Origin: Paraspadella gotoi
Lineage: Eukaryota; Animalia; Chaetognatha
Length of the DNA: 64,000 nt
Assembly (NCBI GenBank): GCA_051294375.1
Contig: CM119264.1
Coordinates: forward strand, 6,223,073-6,287,072
Reading direction: 5' to 3'
Below, in pieces: positions 28,701 through 40,700 of the stretch; position 1 is the stretch's first letter, and the number at the start of each line of letters is the position of its first letter. Position numbers and translations under genes: made by a program. The notes beneath the pieces are model-generated. The model ran no database searches. It was not told the DNA's origin and was given only the letters and a program-made list of their open reading frames with translations.

Positions 28701-31700
28701 AAAAAAAAAATTAAAAATGATAAAAGCGCTACTCTTTTAAAAAAAGAATTTTTAGGTTTTTTATTTAGGAAGTGTGGCGGTATATTCACACCCCCTCACG
28801 TCCACCATCTTTCAGCCAAATCCATTGGCTCAGAGGGGGAACACACCATCCACGACTTCCCTCTGCGTTTTCAAAGCAAGACCGTCCTTGGGTAACCGCG
28901 CCAGTGACTGGAGGCGTCACTGAGGGTCGGATCCCCCAAAGCCAACAGTGAGATACCCGGCTGTTGCCAAAGAAGTTTCTTTTCTGGTAGGTCGTCAGTC
29001 ACTTGACCTATCATCTCATAGATGTTATAATATTTAAATTTTTTCAAATCAAATCGGAAAAAGTAGGGAAAATTTTTTTCAGAAGAAAAAAAACCCATCT
29101 GGGCACTTTGTATTATTCTCGCAGCAAGAGATTTCATGTATCGTTCGATAAGCTTAAGACCAGTGGCTGCGCCAATACATGTATATCAGTTTCAAGGGCT
29201 TAAATAATAACATTTTGCTACTTGGAAAAATATTTTATAAATCAAAATAATATTATTTTTGTTATATAATATTTGATTGGAAGACGTTTTAATGTAATAA
29301 AAACAAATGTTAACGCTGATGAAGGCTAGTATGTAAGTCGAAACATGTACGTTTCTGTTACTAATAAAATCGTTGCAGTTAAACATTAAAACGTCTTCCA
29401 ATTCTTAATCATAACGAAAAGAAAGGATATTCACGATATCATATTTGGNNNNNNNNNNGTGGATAAGCGAGTGTCGATTGAAGGATCATTTCGTTGAGTG
29501 TGGGGTCAAGCAACTGTCGAAGAAATTTAGCGGCTAATTTAGGCGATTTAAGTGTAAAATAGGAGTAATAAAAACATTTAAATATTGTTAAAAAAAAAGG
29601 AAAAATTAAATAACATAAATTGTAAAAGAACTTTTAAATGAAAATAAACAAAACCTAAAAAAATAATTAAAAAAATGATGAAAGCGCTACTCTTTTAAAA
29701 AAAGAAAAACGTTACGTGTAATATAGCTTAAAAAACAAACAAAAAACTGAAAAACATTTTTAGGTTTTTTCTTTAGGAAGTTTCTTTTCTGGTAGGTCGG
29801 TCAGTCACTTGACATATCATCTCATAGATGTTATAATATTTTAATTTTTGTACGACGACTCGCCGAAAACTTTTTTTTCAAAACAAATCGGAAAAACTAG
29901 GGAAAACATTTTTAAGAAAAAAAAACCGTCTGGGCCCTTTGTATTATTCTTGCAGCAAGAGATTTCATGTATCGTTCGATAGGCTCAAGACCAGTGGCCG
30001 CGCCAATACATGTATATCAGTTTCAAGGGCTTAAACTGCACTGTTACTGCGGCACTAATAACATTTTGCTACTTGCAAAAATATTTTATAAATCAAAATA
30101 ATATTATTTTTTGTTATATTATATTTGATTAAAATTCTTTGATCAATACATAGAATAAGAAATAGAAAAAAATAAAATAATTTTGCCACTTTCATAAAAT
30201 AAGAAAAAAATAATTGTTAAAAAATATCAAAATTTTTTTTTTCAAAGACTTCAAGTGAAGATCTCGATCTTTGTCTAACAAAAAAGATTAAAACCTCTAG
30301 TGGATATACTTAAACTAAATTGTATTGCTATTTTGTTTTTAAAAATGCTATTTTGTTTGTACCGCCCTCTGGTTTTTTGTGTAAAACAACGCAAGTGAAG
30401 ATCTAGTGGGTGAAGACAGAAGAGCAAATTTCTATAGTAAGTAAAGGGAAAATGCTCACAGAAGAGAAAGTAAGAGACAAATCCTCCTAGTAGCAAGGAA
30501 AAGTTATACAGACGGAAAAAAATTTAAAAAAAAAATGTACAATTTCTGGGGTTAAGTAAATTACTAAAGTGATTTACAATTACTTAATTTCGTCGACCTT
30601 CGTCGTTTTGACTTGACGTGACTTGAAAGGTATTCGTCCAACAACCTGTTTGAAGTGTTTCATCATCGTCCCCGAAGGCAATGATTTGACGTAGATACGA
30701 GGCTATGAACCTTGGTCTGAAAACCTGTTATTCAACAGAATCAGAATTTAAAAAAAAATCACTGATTCATTTACATGAAGAGTTGGTTCAATAAAAATTA
30801 TGTGTAGAAATAGTAACTGTTTTATGGATTATGTTCTTTTTTTTTGCTCGCATGAAGTTAAGGAAAAATAAGGAAGAAAAAAAAAAGTGGATTCTTTAAA
30901 ATCTTAAATGCGTCTGAGCTTGACAAATGAATTCTGAATTCGCCCCTCTCACACTTTACAATTCTACAGTCCAAAATCCCCCATTGTTCATTTGTTTCCT
31001 TTAGAGGAGATCCTTTCGTCTAACTGCGCCCTCTGGTGGTCGCCCGATGCGGCGCGTCTCGCCTTTTTGGAGACGAACGTTACGCTAGTTTCAATTTATC
31101 GCTACGCGTGGTACGCGGACAACGACGACGATCTCGATGATCCTGCTTACCCGCATTTGAAGACCCAAAGATATCCTAAGGTAAGGGAGAGGTTGGTTCG
31201 AAGTGATTTGGGAATGGCCAACGAAAAACTTCGTATAATAAGCTACGATTTCAGATTTTTAAGTATTGTATGCTATCTATGTACTAAGAGAGGATGTAAT
31301 CTTGTTAGGATCTTGAGCGTACATTATGGCAACGGGAGGAATGCCTGTGATACCAGGGGGGTTATATCATCAACTGGCGTAGGGGCTGCGGACCCTCAGT
31401 GACCGCCTCCTCTCACATTTGCGTCACATTTAAGCCAGAACCGGGATACCAAGGGAATGAACCCGGGACGCACGGTTGTAACGAGATGATATAGCCTGCT
31501 CAGACTGTGAGACGAGGTTGAGGGCAGAGAGCAGTGAGGCCGCTTTAAGTCTTGCTGCCACAAAATGCACATTGCACCATTGCGGAATGACATTTACTTT
31601 CAAAATTTAATTATAGATATTAGACTTACATTTGGTTAAAATTCGGAACGACATCCCAAGATCGAGAATAGGGTCTAGACTCTGAAGATTAATATAACGT

Positions 31701-34700
31701 TGCCTATTATTACTACACGGCGACTCTATGAATAAACTATAGCCACGAATAAATATAACTAAGAATAAATTATAGCGTGGACGAATAGACTGTAGAATGT
31801 AGATTAAGTGTGGCGCTCTTTTATTCCCCATCAGGCCGGAACGACGAATCCCGTCGTCAAACTTTGGGTCTGGAGCGTGAAGACGAAACGAAAAGAAGAA
31901 ATCAGACCGCCTGAGGAATTCAAAGCCAAAGGTTGAGAGAGAGAGAGAAATAAAAAGAAAGACAGAAAGACAGACAAACAGACAGACATTTTTTTCGCAG
32001 AATATTACGTGACGTCCGTGTCTTGGCGTGACGTCACAACTCTCGTCGTCGTCTGGACGAATCGTGCCCAGAATCTCTCACTCATCACCTTCTGCGGGGT
32101 TGACGGCGGCGAGTGCCTCGTGGTGAGGATTGATCCATTCATCAATTGATAGATTGATTAATGATCATGGGTCTTTAGTTAAACTCGTGTGAAAAAAAGC
32201 GCCACTTTACTACTTTAATTTAAAAAAAAAAAGAATCAATTTGTTTAAATTTTATTACAAACTTGAGCGTTCCAAAACCAAATGAGAAAATCGAGAAAAA
32301 GCTTCAGAATCATGTTTTAATAACCTTAAAATTATTATTTATTGATATGGGGTAATCCAGTTATCCAGCTATCCCTCCGGATGTCCAATATAATTTTTTT
32401 TTTCATTTTTATTGTGTAATCCTTTCTTTTCGTTGTGTTATAGAGATTTGCAAATAATTTTATTCGGGTTTGTTTACAACGATTTTTATTTTAAATTGCG
32501 TTCATGTTTCGACTCTGAACATGTTGTTGCCATTTTTTTAAAAGTTAAAAATTATATTATTAATTCTTATTTGTACATATGTTTTTCGCGGCAAAGTCTG
32601 TAACACTCAAATGTTTTCGCTAACCATTTTTCTCCCTTCCCTTTTTTGCTTCTTTCTTTTTCTTACCTTATCTTTTATCAGTTATCAATATTCACCCTTT
32701 CACCTCTCTTTACAACTCTTTCCAACCTATTTTCACTTTCCCTCATTATCTCCTAATTCCTACAGAGTCTTCGCGAATCTCGAAAAGGAAGAGGAGGTTG
32801 GGTCGATTTGGTAAGTTTAATCCTCATTGAAAAGAGAAATTCTAATAATGAAAATATAAATTAGGTATTATTTAAGATTTTCATATTACCACGATTTCGC
32901 CAATTCTGTCGGTCGTTTGAGATTCGGCTCAGAAAACCACGATTCCTTTCAAAAAAAAAAAAAAAAAAAAAAACGATAAAAAGTTCTAGATTTCAGGTTT
33001 CTTTTTCTTTTTTTTTTTTTTTAAATTCGTATCCCGCGAGGATGTTTTTTTAGCCCAACGGGTACTATGAATATGTAAATCAAGTCTCCGTCTTTTTTGT
33101 CGCCCCCTTTCCATTCTACCAACGCAATCGTTACTGGTTACTCATTCCCGCCTTAATTTCCCTACCCCTTCCCGCCCGCAGTACTCCGCCCCCACCTTTG
33201 ACGCTTCCGGCCGGCGCTACTTTGTGATTCTTCCGGAACGCGACGGCGCCGCCGGATATTTCCGGCACGTCGCCATGGTTACCGCCGTCGGGGTGAGAAT
33301 CGGCATTGAACAATATTTTATTTGTATTCTTAATCAGAGAAAGTGGTTGTTTTAGATTTCGTTGCTATTAATGTCCTGGGAGGGTTTTTAGCCACTTAAA
33401 CACGATTAATAGTCTTGAGAAAATAAGGTTCTATTCTTAACAAGATTCCAGTTTATCTTGTTGATGGTGAAGCGATTTTTCCACTCGATTGAAGCAATAA
33501 ACTAAAGATGTGAAAAACGTAAAATTCTACATTCGTACCATAAACCTATTCTATGAATGTCGAAACCCTTTGGCCGAAGCGAATTTTACAGGGAAAGGCG
33601 TTTCCATAGCGATAATCAAAGGGCCATCCACCTCAAACTCTTTTCAGTTTATGTCGTCCGTATGTAATTACATAGTTCTTGTTCACATCATATTGTGCTG
33701 TCTACCGTGAATATCAAAACCGGGTTTGCTCACTAATCCGACCTGAGGCGAGATATGAATACAATCAACAACAAACAATAAACAACAATAAAAACGCAAG
33801 AACCGCGACCAACAGACTCGAATCCTCCAAGCGAAAGAAAAAAAAGAAAAAAAGAGTGAAAATGGAAATATATTTACCGTGAATTGTAATCAAATAACTG
33901 AGGGAGAAAAAAAAAGGAATTTAATGAATAAACATGATGCGAGAGCGCGAAAGGAAAAAGAGATGAAAAACTGATGATAACCATTCGAAAGAAAAAAAAA
34001 AAAATATGAAGCAAAAATGAAATGGAACGGAGAGAGATGAAATAGGGAGATAGAAAAAACGGGAAAAAAGGGATGCGATGAGAGAGATAACTAAGAGAAG
34101 AACGGTTTGTAGTCGGGCATTGCAATATGATCTCCCCGCCTATAAGCATATTACCTTCAGTCTTAACCAGGTGCGGAGTAATTACCGTCTGGCTCATGAC
34201 CATTAGGTCGGGATCGCTCCCCAATGATACGTACCTGCGGGAACCGTGGACTAAGGCGTAGTGAAAGTTACATACGAAAATTCTAAAAGTCAATTATGAC
34301 AACATACCATCAGTGAACATAATTTGTAAAAAAAATTCATTTTATGTTTTTAATTTTCGCAGTAGGCTATATTATATATAGTACTATCCTTATAAAATAA
34401 AATTTTTCAAAAAGGCTTTCTTAATTTGATGCAGATTTGATTCCTCGTCAAAGTAATAAAAGAAAATATAAATCATTTTTAAAAATTCTTTCATTAAGTA
34501 GGTTAAAATTAAAAAAAAAACTATATTTAATATATAAAAAATTAATTTTCAGCTTAAAATATAGCTTTTTTTAATTTTGACCCACTTAATGGAAGGAATT
34601 TTTCAAAAAGAATTATATTTCTTTTTATCAACTTTTTATGACGAATCCAAATCTGCCAAAAAATTAAGAAAAAAACTGTTTTATTTTAAACATTTATTGG

Positions 34701-37700
34701 TTAGTACTAGTATAAATATGGCCTACTGCGTAAAAATTGTAAAATTTATTATACATTTTTTATTATATAAATGTTTATTAGTATAATGTTGTTCGTTCCT
34801 CACTTTTAGAATTTGAATTAAAGTTAAATTTAGAAATTTTACTACGCCTTAGTGAGGACGGCCGTCAATCGCCTTGGTTTCAATTCCAACAACCATTCCA
34901 TGGCAGATGAGGGGGAACAGAATATAAGGATGTTAGTCAATAGTCATCTGCCCATACATATTGATAAATTACGAATTATGATGCAAAAGAAACTGGAGTA
35001 AGAAGCTTAAGATGCATTTTTATATATAATGTGTTTCGCCAGGAGCCTCATAGAATTAGTAATTCTAATTCTAATACTCTATATCTTCGAAATATCATTG
35101 TCAAGGCTTTTCCGTTAGCCATACGAAATTTTTTTTTATCATCCGGATTTTTATTTTTCACGTTTTCATACTTTATTCTTTTATCCTCTTTGCAAATCTA
35201 AAATCGAGGGTCTTTCTTCCCGCGGGACTTATTCTGACTCTTGGGGGTAAAAGCGAAATATCAGAAAACCCACTGGGATAATTATGTGGAGCCTCCCCTA
35301 AAGGTTAATCGAGAAATAATTGAGAAATAACGCAAATCTTAAAGTTTTAACGCAAAAACGTGTTTTTCATCTTCATCTTCATCTTCCGGTTCTGGCCAAT
35401 GTCAAATCTACAAAATTGAAAGAAAGTTATAATTTCTACATAGAAATAAAGTGACAAAATTGTAATAACATTTTTTTTTTTGAAAACCGTACTTGTCCTT
35501 AGGACTTGAATTTATTTGATACTGTGCGGTATATTCACACCGCCTCACGTCCTCCATCCGTCAGCAATCCATTGGCTCAGAGGGGGAACACACCATCCCA
35601 GGCGTAGTGTTCCATCCACAGTCCTTAACGACTTTCCCTCTGCGTTGGCAAATTAGGGGTAACCGCGCCAGTGACTGGAGGCGTCACTGAGGGTCGGAAG
35701 CCCCCAAAGCCAACAGTGAGATGCCCCATCCAATGGGCATCACAGGCAACCCGGCTGTTGCCATAATACAACTATTTAATATCGGCCAACAAAAGATTTG
35801 AAACTATAAACCGGAAAGTAATTGAAAAATCAAATGTATTTACAGATCGAATTTGGATGAATGTAATTAGGAAGCTTGGTCCAATTTCCGTCAAGAATCC
35901 CCCGATACAGACCGACTCGTCGCGCGTTTGTCTTTCGTCCACTACGATCCGCGCATGATCCAGAAGCCCTCGCCGTCGCGATAGAAGTCAAGAAGAAGAA
36001 CCTGGACTTCTTTGCATAATTCGAATCCTTCGGACGTTTGAAAAACGAAAACTCTTTCGAGACCGGAAGTCGTTTTGCCGCCGACGAGAGGAGCTGAGTA
36101 AGCGGAGAATGGAGAGATATTGTGGTGCGAATGAATTGCCGGCGGGAAGGCCGAATTTAAGAGAAGACCAACTCTGACTTTTCATGTTCAAAACGTGGAA
36201 ATCGTTTTAAATAGGTTCCGTTGCATCCACCACCGTGGATGTAGACATTCTCCTTCAATCGAAAGGGCGAAGGAGGCGCGAGGGGAAGGCGATCGACCGT
36301 TTGTAGGGAAACGAGAGAACAATTGATCTCCGGATCGAATTGATCAACTGATTATTGTAAAACATTCCGGGATTAACTTATCCTCCACACAAAATCGGCG
36401 TTTCTAACTTGGGCCGCATCCGCCCAAAAAAAGAGTTTCCCTTCAGTAACTCCATCCTCCGTGACCGAATCTTTCAGTTGGGACTTCGCCGACTGGATTA
36501 AGGCGCTTGAACTGCCCACAAGAGAGAGAGAGAAAAGATCTCGTTCGTTGGCTCCAATTACCCCTTTCGCGCCGCCAAACAAGTAAATAAGTTTTCTGAA
36601 GCAGACAAAGCGGTACTGAAGTTTTGTGGTGGAACGTCGCCTTTCGCTTTAATTCGTTGCCAACGAAGATCGAGAGAATCGACTTCGGCGATGAAGACGA
36701 TGTTGTTAGGGAGGAAATAAGCCTTGCCATGTTCAATGTCTGAATTTCTTTGAAGTCCGCCCCAGAGTAAGATTCGCCATCGACTTCGGCGGCGACGAAA
36801 AAGACGCCGATGTAGAATCTTTCAGCCCCGCTCCACTTGCCCTGAGGAGGCGTGACAAGTAGTTGGGGGATCTGAATACTGGAGGAGCAGAGATGAGGTG
36901 AAGAGGAGAGGAAAAGTGAGGTGATGTTGGAAGATGGGATCGTCTGTACTGGCCGTCCGGCGAATCTGGATTAATTTGGAAATACTAAATCTTAAGTCTT
37001 TAAATGAGAAGTAAACAAAATTGTTGTAAACGAAGCGAGTGTAGAAGAAGAAATTCACAAACGTGACTAAGACTGTAATGCTAGGGCTTTAACTCCGAGC
37101 CCAAAAGATTCTGGTGTGACGGTAATTCACACCGTCTCACATCCACCATCTTTCAAGTCAATCTCATTGGCTCAGAGGGGAAAACACACCATCCCAAGCG
37201 TGTGTTCCATCCACAGTCCTAATGACTTCCCTCTGTGTTGGCAAATCGAGACCGTCCTAGGGTAACCGCGCCAGTGGCAGGTACGCCCCTGAGGGTAGGA
37301 AGCCCTAAAGTCAACAATGGGCATCACAGGAAACCCTGGGTCATAATCCTGGACAGAATTAACCTTGGAAAGTAAGACTTGAAGTAACCGAGAGGTGAAG
37401 GTTACACTGTTACAGCTGTTACAGTGCCCCTCTGATGGTTTAGATTACGGTATTGATAAAGGAACAGGTTGCGATATTACATTACTACAGGCTGATAGTA
37501 AGCCTTATACGGATGCTAGCTTCACTGCCTCATCTCCTGCTTCATTCAGCCAATCCCTTGGTTCAGAAGTGTTTATGTTCCATCCACAAAAGTTCTCTTG
37601 TGTTGGCAAAGCAAACCGTCTATGGTAACTTTGCCAGTGATCGGTGCGTCACTGAAGGTCGGAAGCCCCATACCCATTGGGTATCACCTACAACCCGGCT

Positions 37701-40700
37701 GTTGCCATAACTGACAGAATAAATAAGTGTGACGGCGAGAGGCGAGTTAAACTGTCACTCATCGCGATCTTTCATTAGTTAATAAAAAAGTTTTTATTAA
37801 TTTTTTTTTGATTATAATTTAATTAAGCTTTAGCTACCTGAAAAAAATGCTTGCCTTGCCTCCGAAATGGATAGAACATCAATTCTGCCTGCGTTTGTCC
37901 TTGGTTTCCATCCCCATTTTTGTCTACTTTTAGAACCTGCACAGTGGCAGAAAAGTCAAGGAGGCTGTGCGGCGACTGAGTCTGCTGCGGCTCTGGTTGT
38001 AGCAGTGACTGGACGGAGGCAGGAGGTGGAGGCGGCAGAGGACTTATTATGTGTTGAGGCTGTGGCGACACCAAAGGTTCTGGCTGAATTGTTGGAGACA
38101 GCAGAGTCAAGAGAGGTGATCGATCTGGCTGAAGAAGTTGAGACTGCAGCGATGGCAGAGGCTCTGGCTGAGTCGGTGAAGAGAGCAGAGTTGAGGGAGG
38201 TGATTGATGCGGCTCAAGAGGTTGAAACAAGCGTGGCAGCAGAGGCTCCTCCTGAGTTGGTGGAGACAGCAAAGTCGAGGAAGGAGGTGGATACAGCTCA
38301 AGACGTTCAGGCTGCGGTAGCTGCAGAGTCAAGGGGGGTGATTGATGCGGCTGAAGTGGTTGAGGCTTTGGCAGCAGCAGAGAATCCAGCTGAATTGTTG
38401 GAGACAGGAGAGTCAAGGGAGGTGATTGATGCAGCTCCATAGGTTGATGCAGTGGTGGCAGCAGAGGCTCCGGCTGAGTTGGTGGAGACCGCAGAGTGGA
38501 GGGAGGCGATTCATCTGGCTGAAGAGCTTCAGGCTTCGGCTGCTGCAGAGGTTCCGGCTGACTTAGTGGAGACAACAGAGTTAAGGGAGGTGATTGTTGC
38601 GGCTCAAGAAGTTGACGCTGCGGTAGCCACAGAGGCTCCGGCTGAGTTGGTGGAGACAGCAAAGTTGAGGGAAGTAATTGATGGGGCTCAAGAGGTTGAA
38701 GCAGCGGCTGCAGCACAGGCTCCAGCTGAGTCGGTAGAGACAACAGAGTTGGAGATGATTGTTGCGGACGAATAGGTTGAGGCTGCGGCAGCAGTTGAGA
38801 AGGCTTCGTCTGTAAAGGTTGTACATTTAAAGTCCACAGTGGGGATCCAAATTGACTTATGATTGTTAGATTTTTGATTAAATTAATTTTCCTCGTGCAT
38901 GGAAGCATTTTAATATTTTAACAATATATTAATAAATGCTTGAAAAGATTAAAAAGTTAGATAAAGGTTTAGTACTACAATCAAAATCAAATCTGTTAAA
39001 AAAATTGAAATTTATTAAAAAAAAATTTCTTGACATTATATAGTATTTGGATAATATAAAATAGCTTCCATGCGGTTTAACGATAAGAAAGATATATCTT
39101 AATTTTTTTTATTTTTACGATCTTTTATCAATTAACAATATTATACCGGGACTTCTGTTAGCTTTGTAAACTGTTCCGACCTTAATGGGCAAGTTTGGAA
39201 TGGGTTAAGAGATGACAATTATTTCGTATGGCGCCAGTCTTACCTCTCCCCACATACTTTCATAACTAGCCAAAGTGTAAACTATGATTTTATTCTCTGA
39301 ACAATAAATCTTTTTTCCACTTGCAGTTCTTTCACTCTGCACAAACCTTGACAATTGCCCTTCCCAACCCTTCACCTGTAAGATGCCTCTCCCTGGGATC
39401 TCCCCCGCCCCCGCGCTGGGGTCGGTCCCGAGGTAAAGACACTGACGGCGCCGTCGTCGTCGTCGTCGTCGTCGTCTTTCTTGACGGCGACGATTTTTGT
39501 GCACCTCCATTTAGCCCTGAGTCAAAAAACGTCTTCTCCCCTTCGCTTCGAGCCTGAGAAAAAAATGAAAGGCGGGAAAAAGATAAGGCGCAAATGATGG
39601 TTTAAAGTCAGAGTTTTTGCGCTTTTGAATTTTATTCGTAATTACGAATACGATACTGTTATTTATGTCTTTATTCTTTACCAGTTTTATAAATTCTATG
39701 TGTAGATCCGTTTGTATATCCCGCACTCAATTTTGTTTTTAAAAGTCGAAGACCCGAAATTCACAAAAATCCAAAATATTCCCTCTTGCCTTTGATTTCG
39801 CGGGCGACGACGAAGAAACGCACGTTATTACAATAAATTAAACTATCAAACCAAACTTAAAAAGAAAAGATTCATGGGCTTTCACTCTTGGACATATACC
39901 AGAAAGGGCTTTAGTTTTTTTGATATTATTTAATGCTACTCTCGGCAGAAAAGAGAAAATTAAGACAACAATCATCCTCTTGCTTCATACTTCCTTTTTT
40001 TTTACACGAAGTTTTAAATGCTTCTTAATTAAAATATTTTAAAGTGCCTTAATTTTTTGACCTTGTTTTAGACCGTCAAATGCTTTTATGTTAAAGGATT
40101 TTAAAGAGTTTAATTTTTTTAATTGTTCCCAGACAAAAAGTGTCTCATTGAGAAAAAAGCCCGTTTAATATAAACTTTTCATACATAGAATTGTTTTTTA
40201 ACTATATTATCTCTCTCTCGTCTCTTTCTAAAGGGATGTACTTAGGTATAATATTTTTCGCCTAATTAACTGAGCAACAGTGTTACTGAAATTGCTTAGG
40301 TAAAGAAATGATTTTTCTTAATTAATTATGAATCAAAATATTTTGCTTATATTTATTTTTAAAGATAAATAAAACAACATATTTTCTTTTATTATTTTAA
40401 TTTCGTTATCAACTATAATTTCAATTTGTTTATTTTAAGCCCAAAAAATACTTTTCCCAGATGGCATTGAAATATGAGTATCAGCACCAATAAAATTAAC
40501 TAAAGAAGAATAATTCATGATTAATAAAAAAAAATTAACAGATGAATAAAGAAATTAGTAATTAACAATAAGGATGCATACATTTAAAGATATTTGCAAA
40601 TGTAACATATTCAGTTGTTATCTGATATGATTGACGAGATTAAAACCTCGAATCAAAGATGATGTAAAATGTCACAAGACTCAAGTCGCCCAAAAATATT

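Noticed and set aside
37867-38775. + strand E/A/V-rich ORFs
   Set aside because: Interrupted by stops; antisense shadow of the minus-strand repeat frame.
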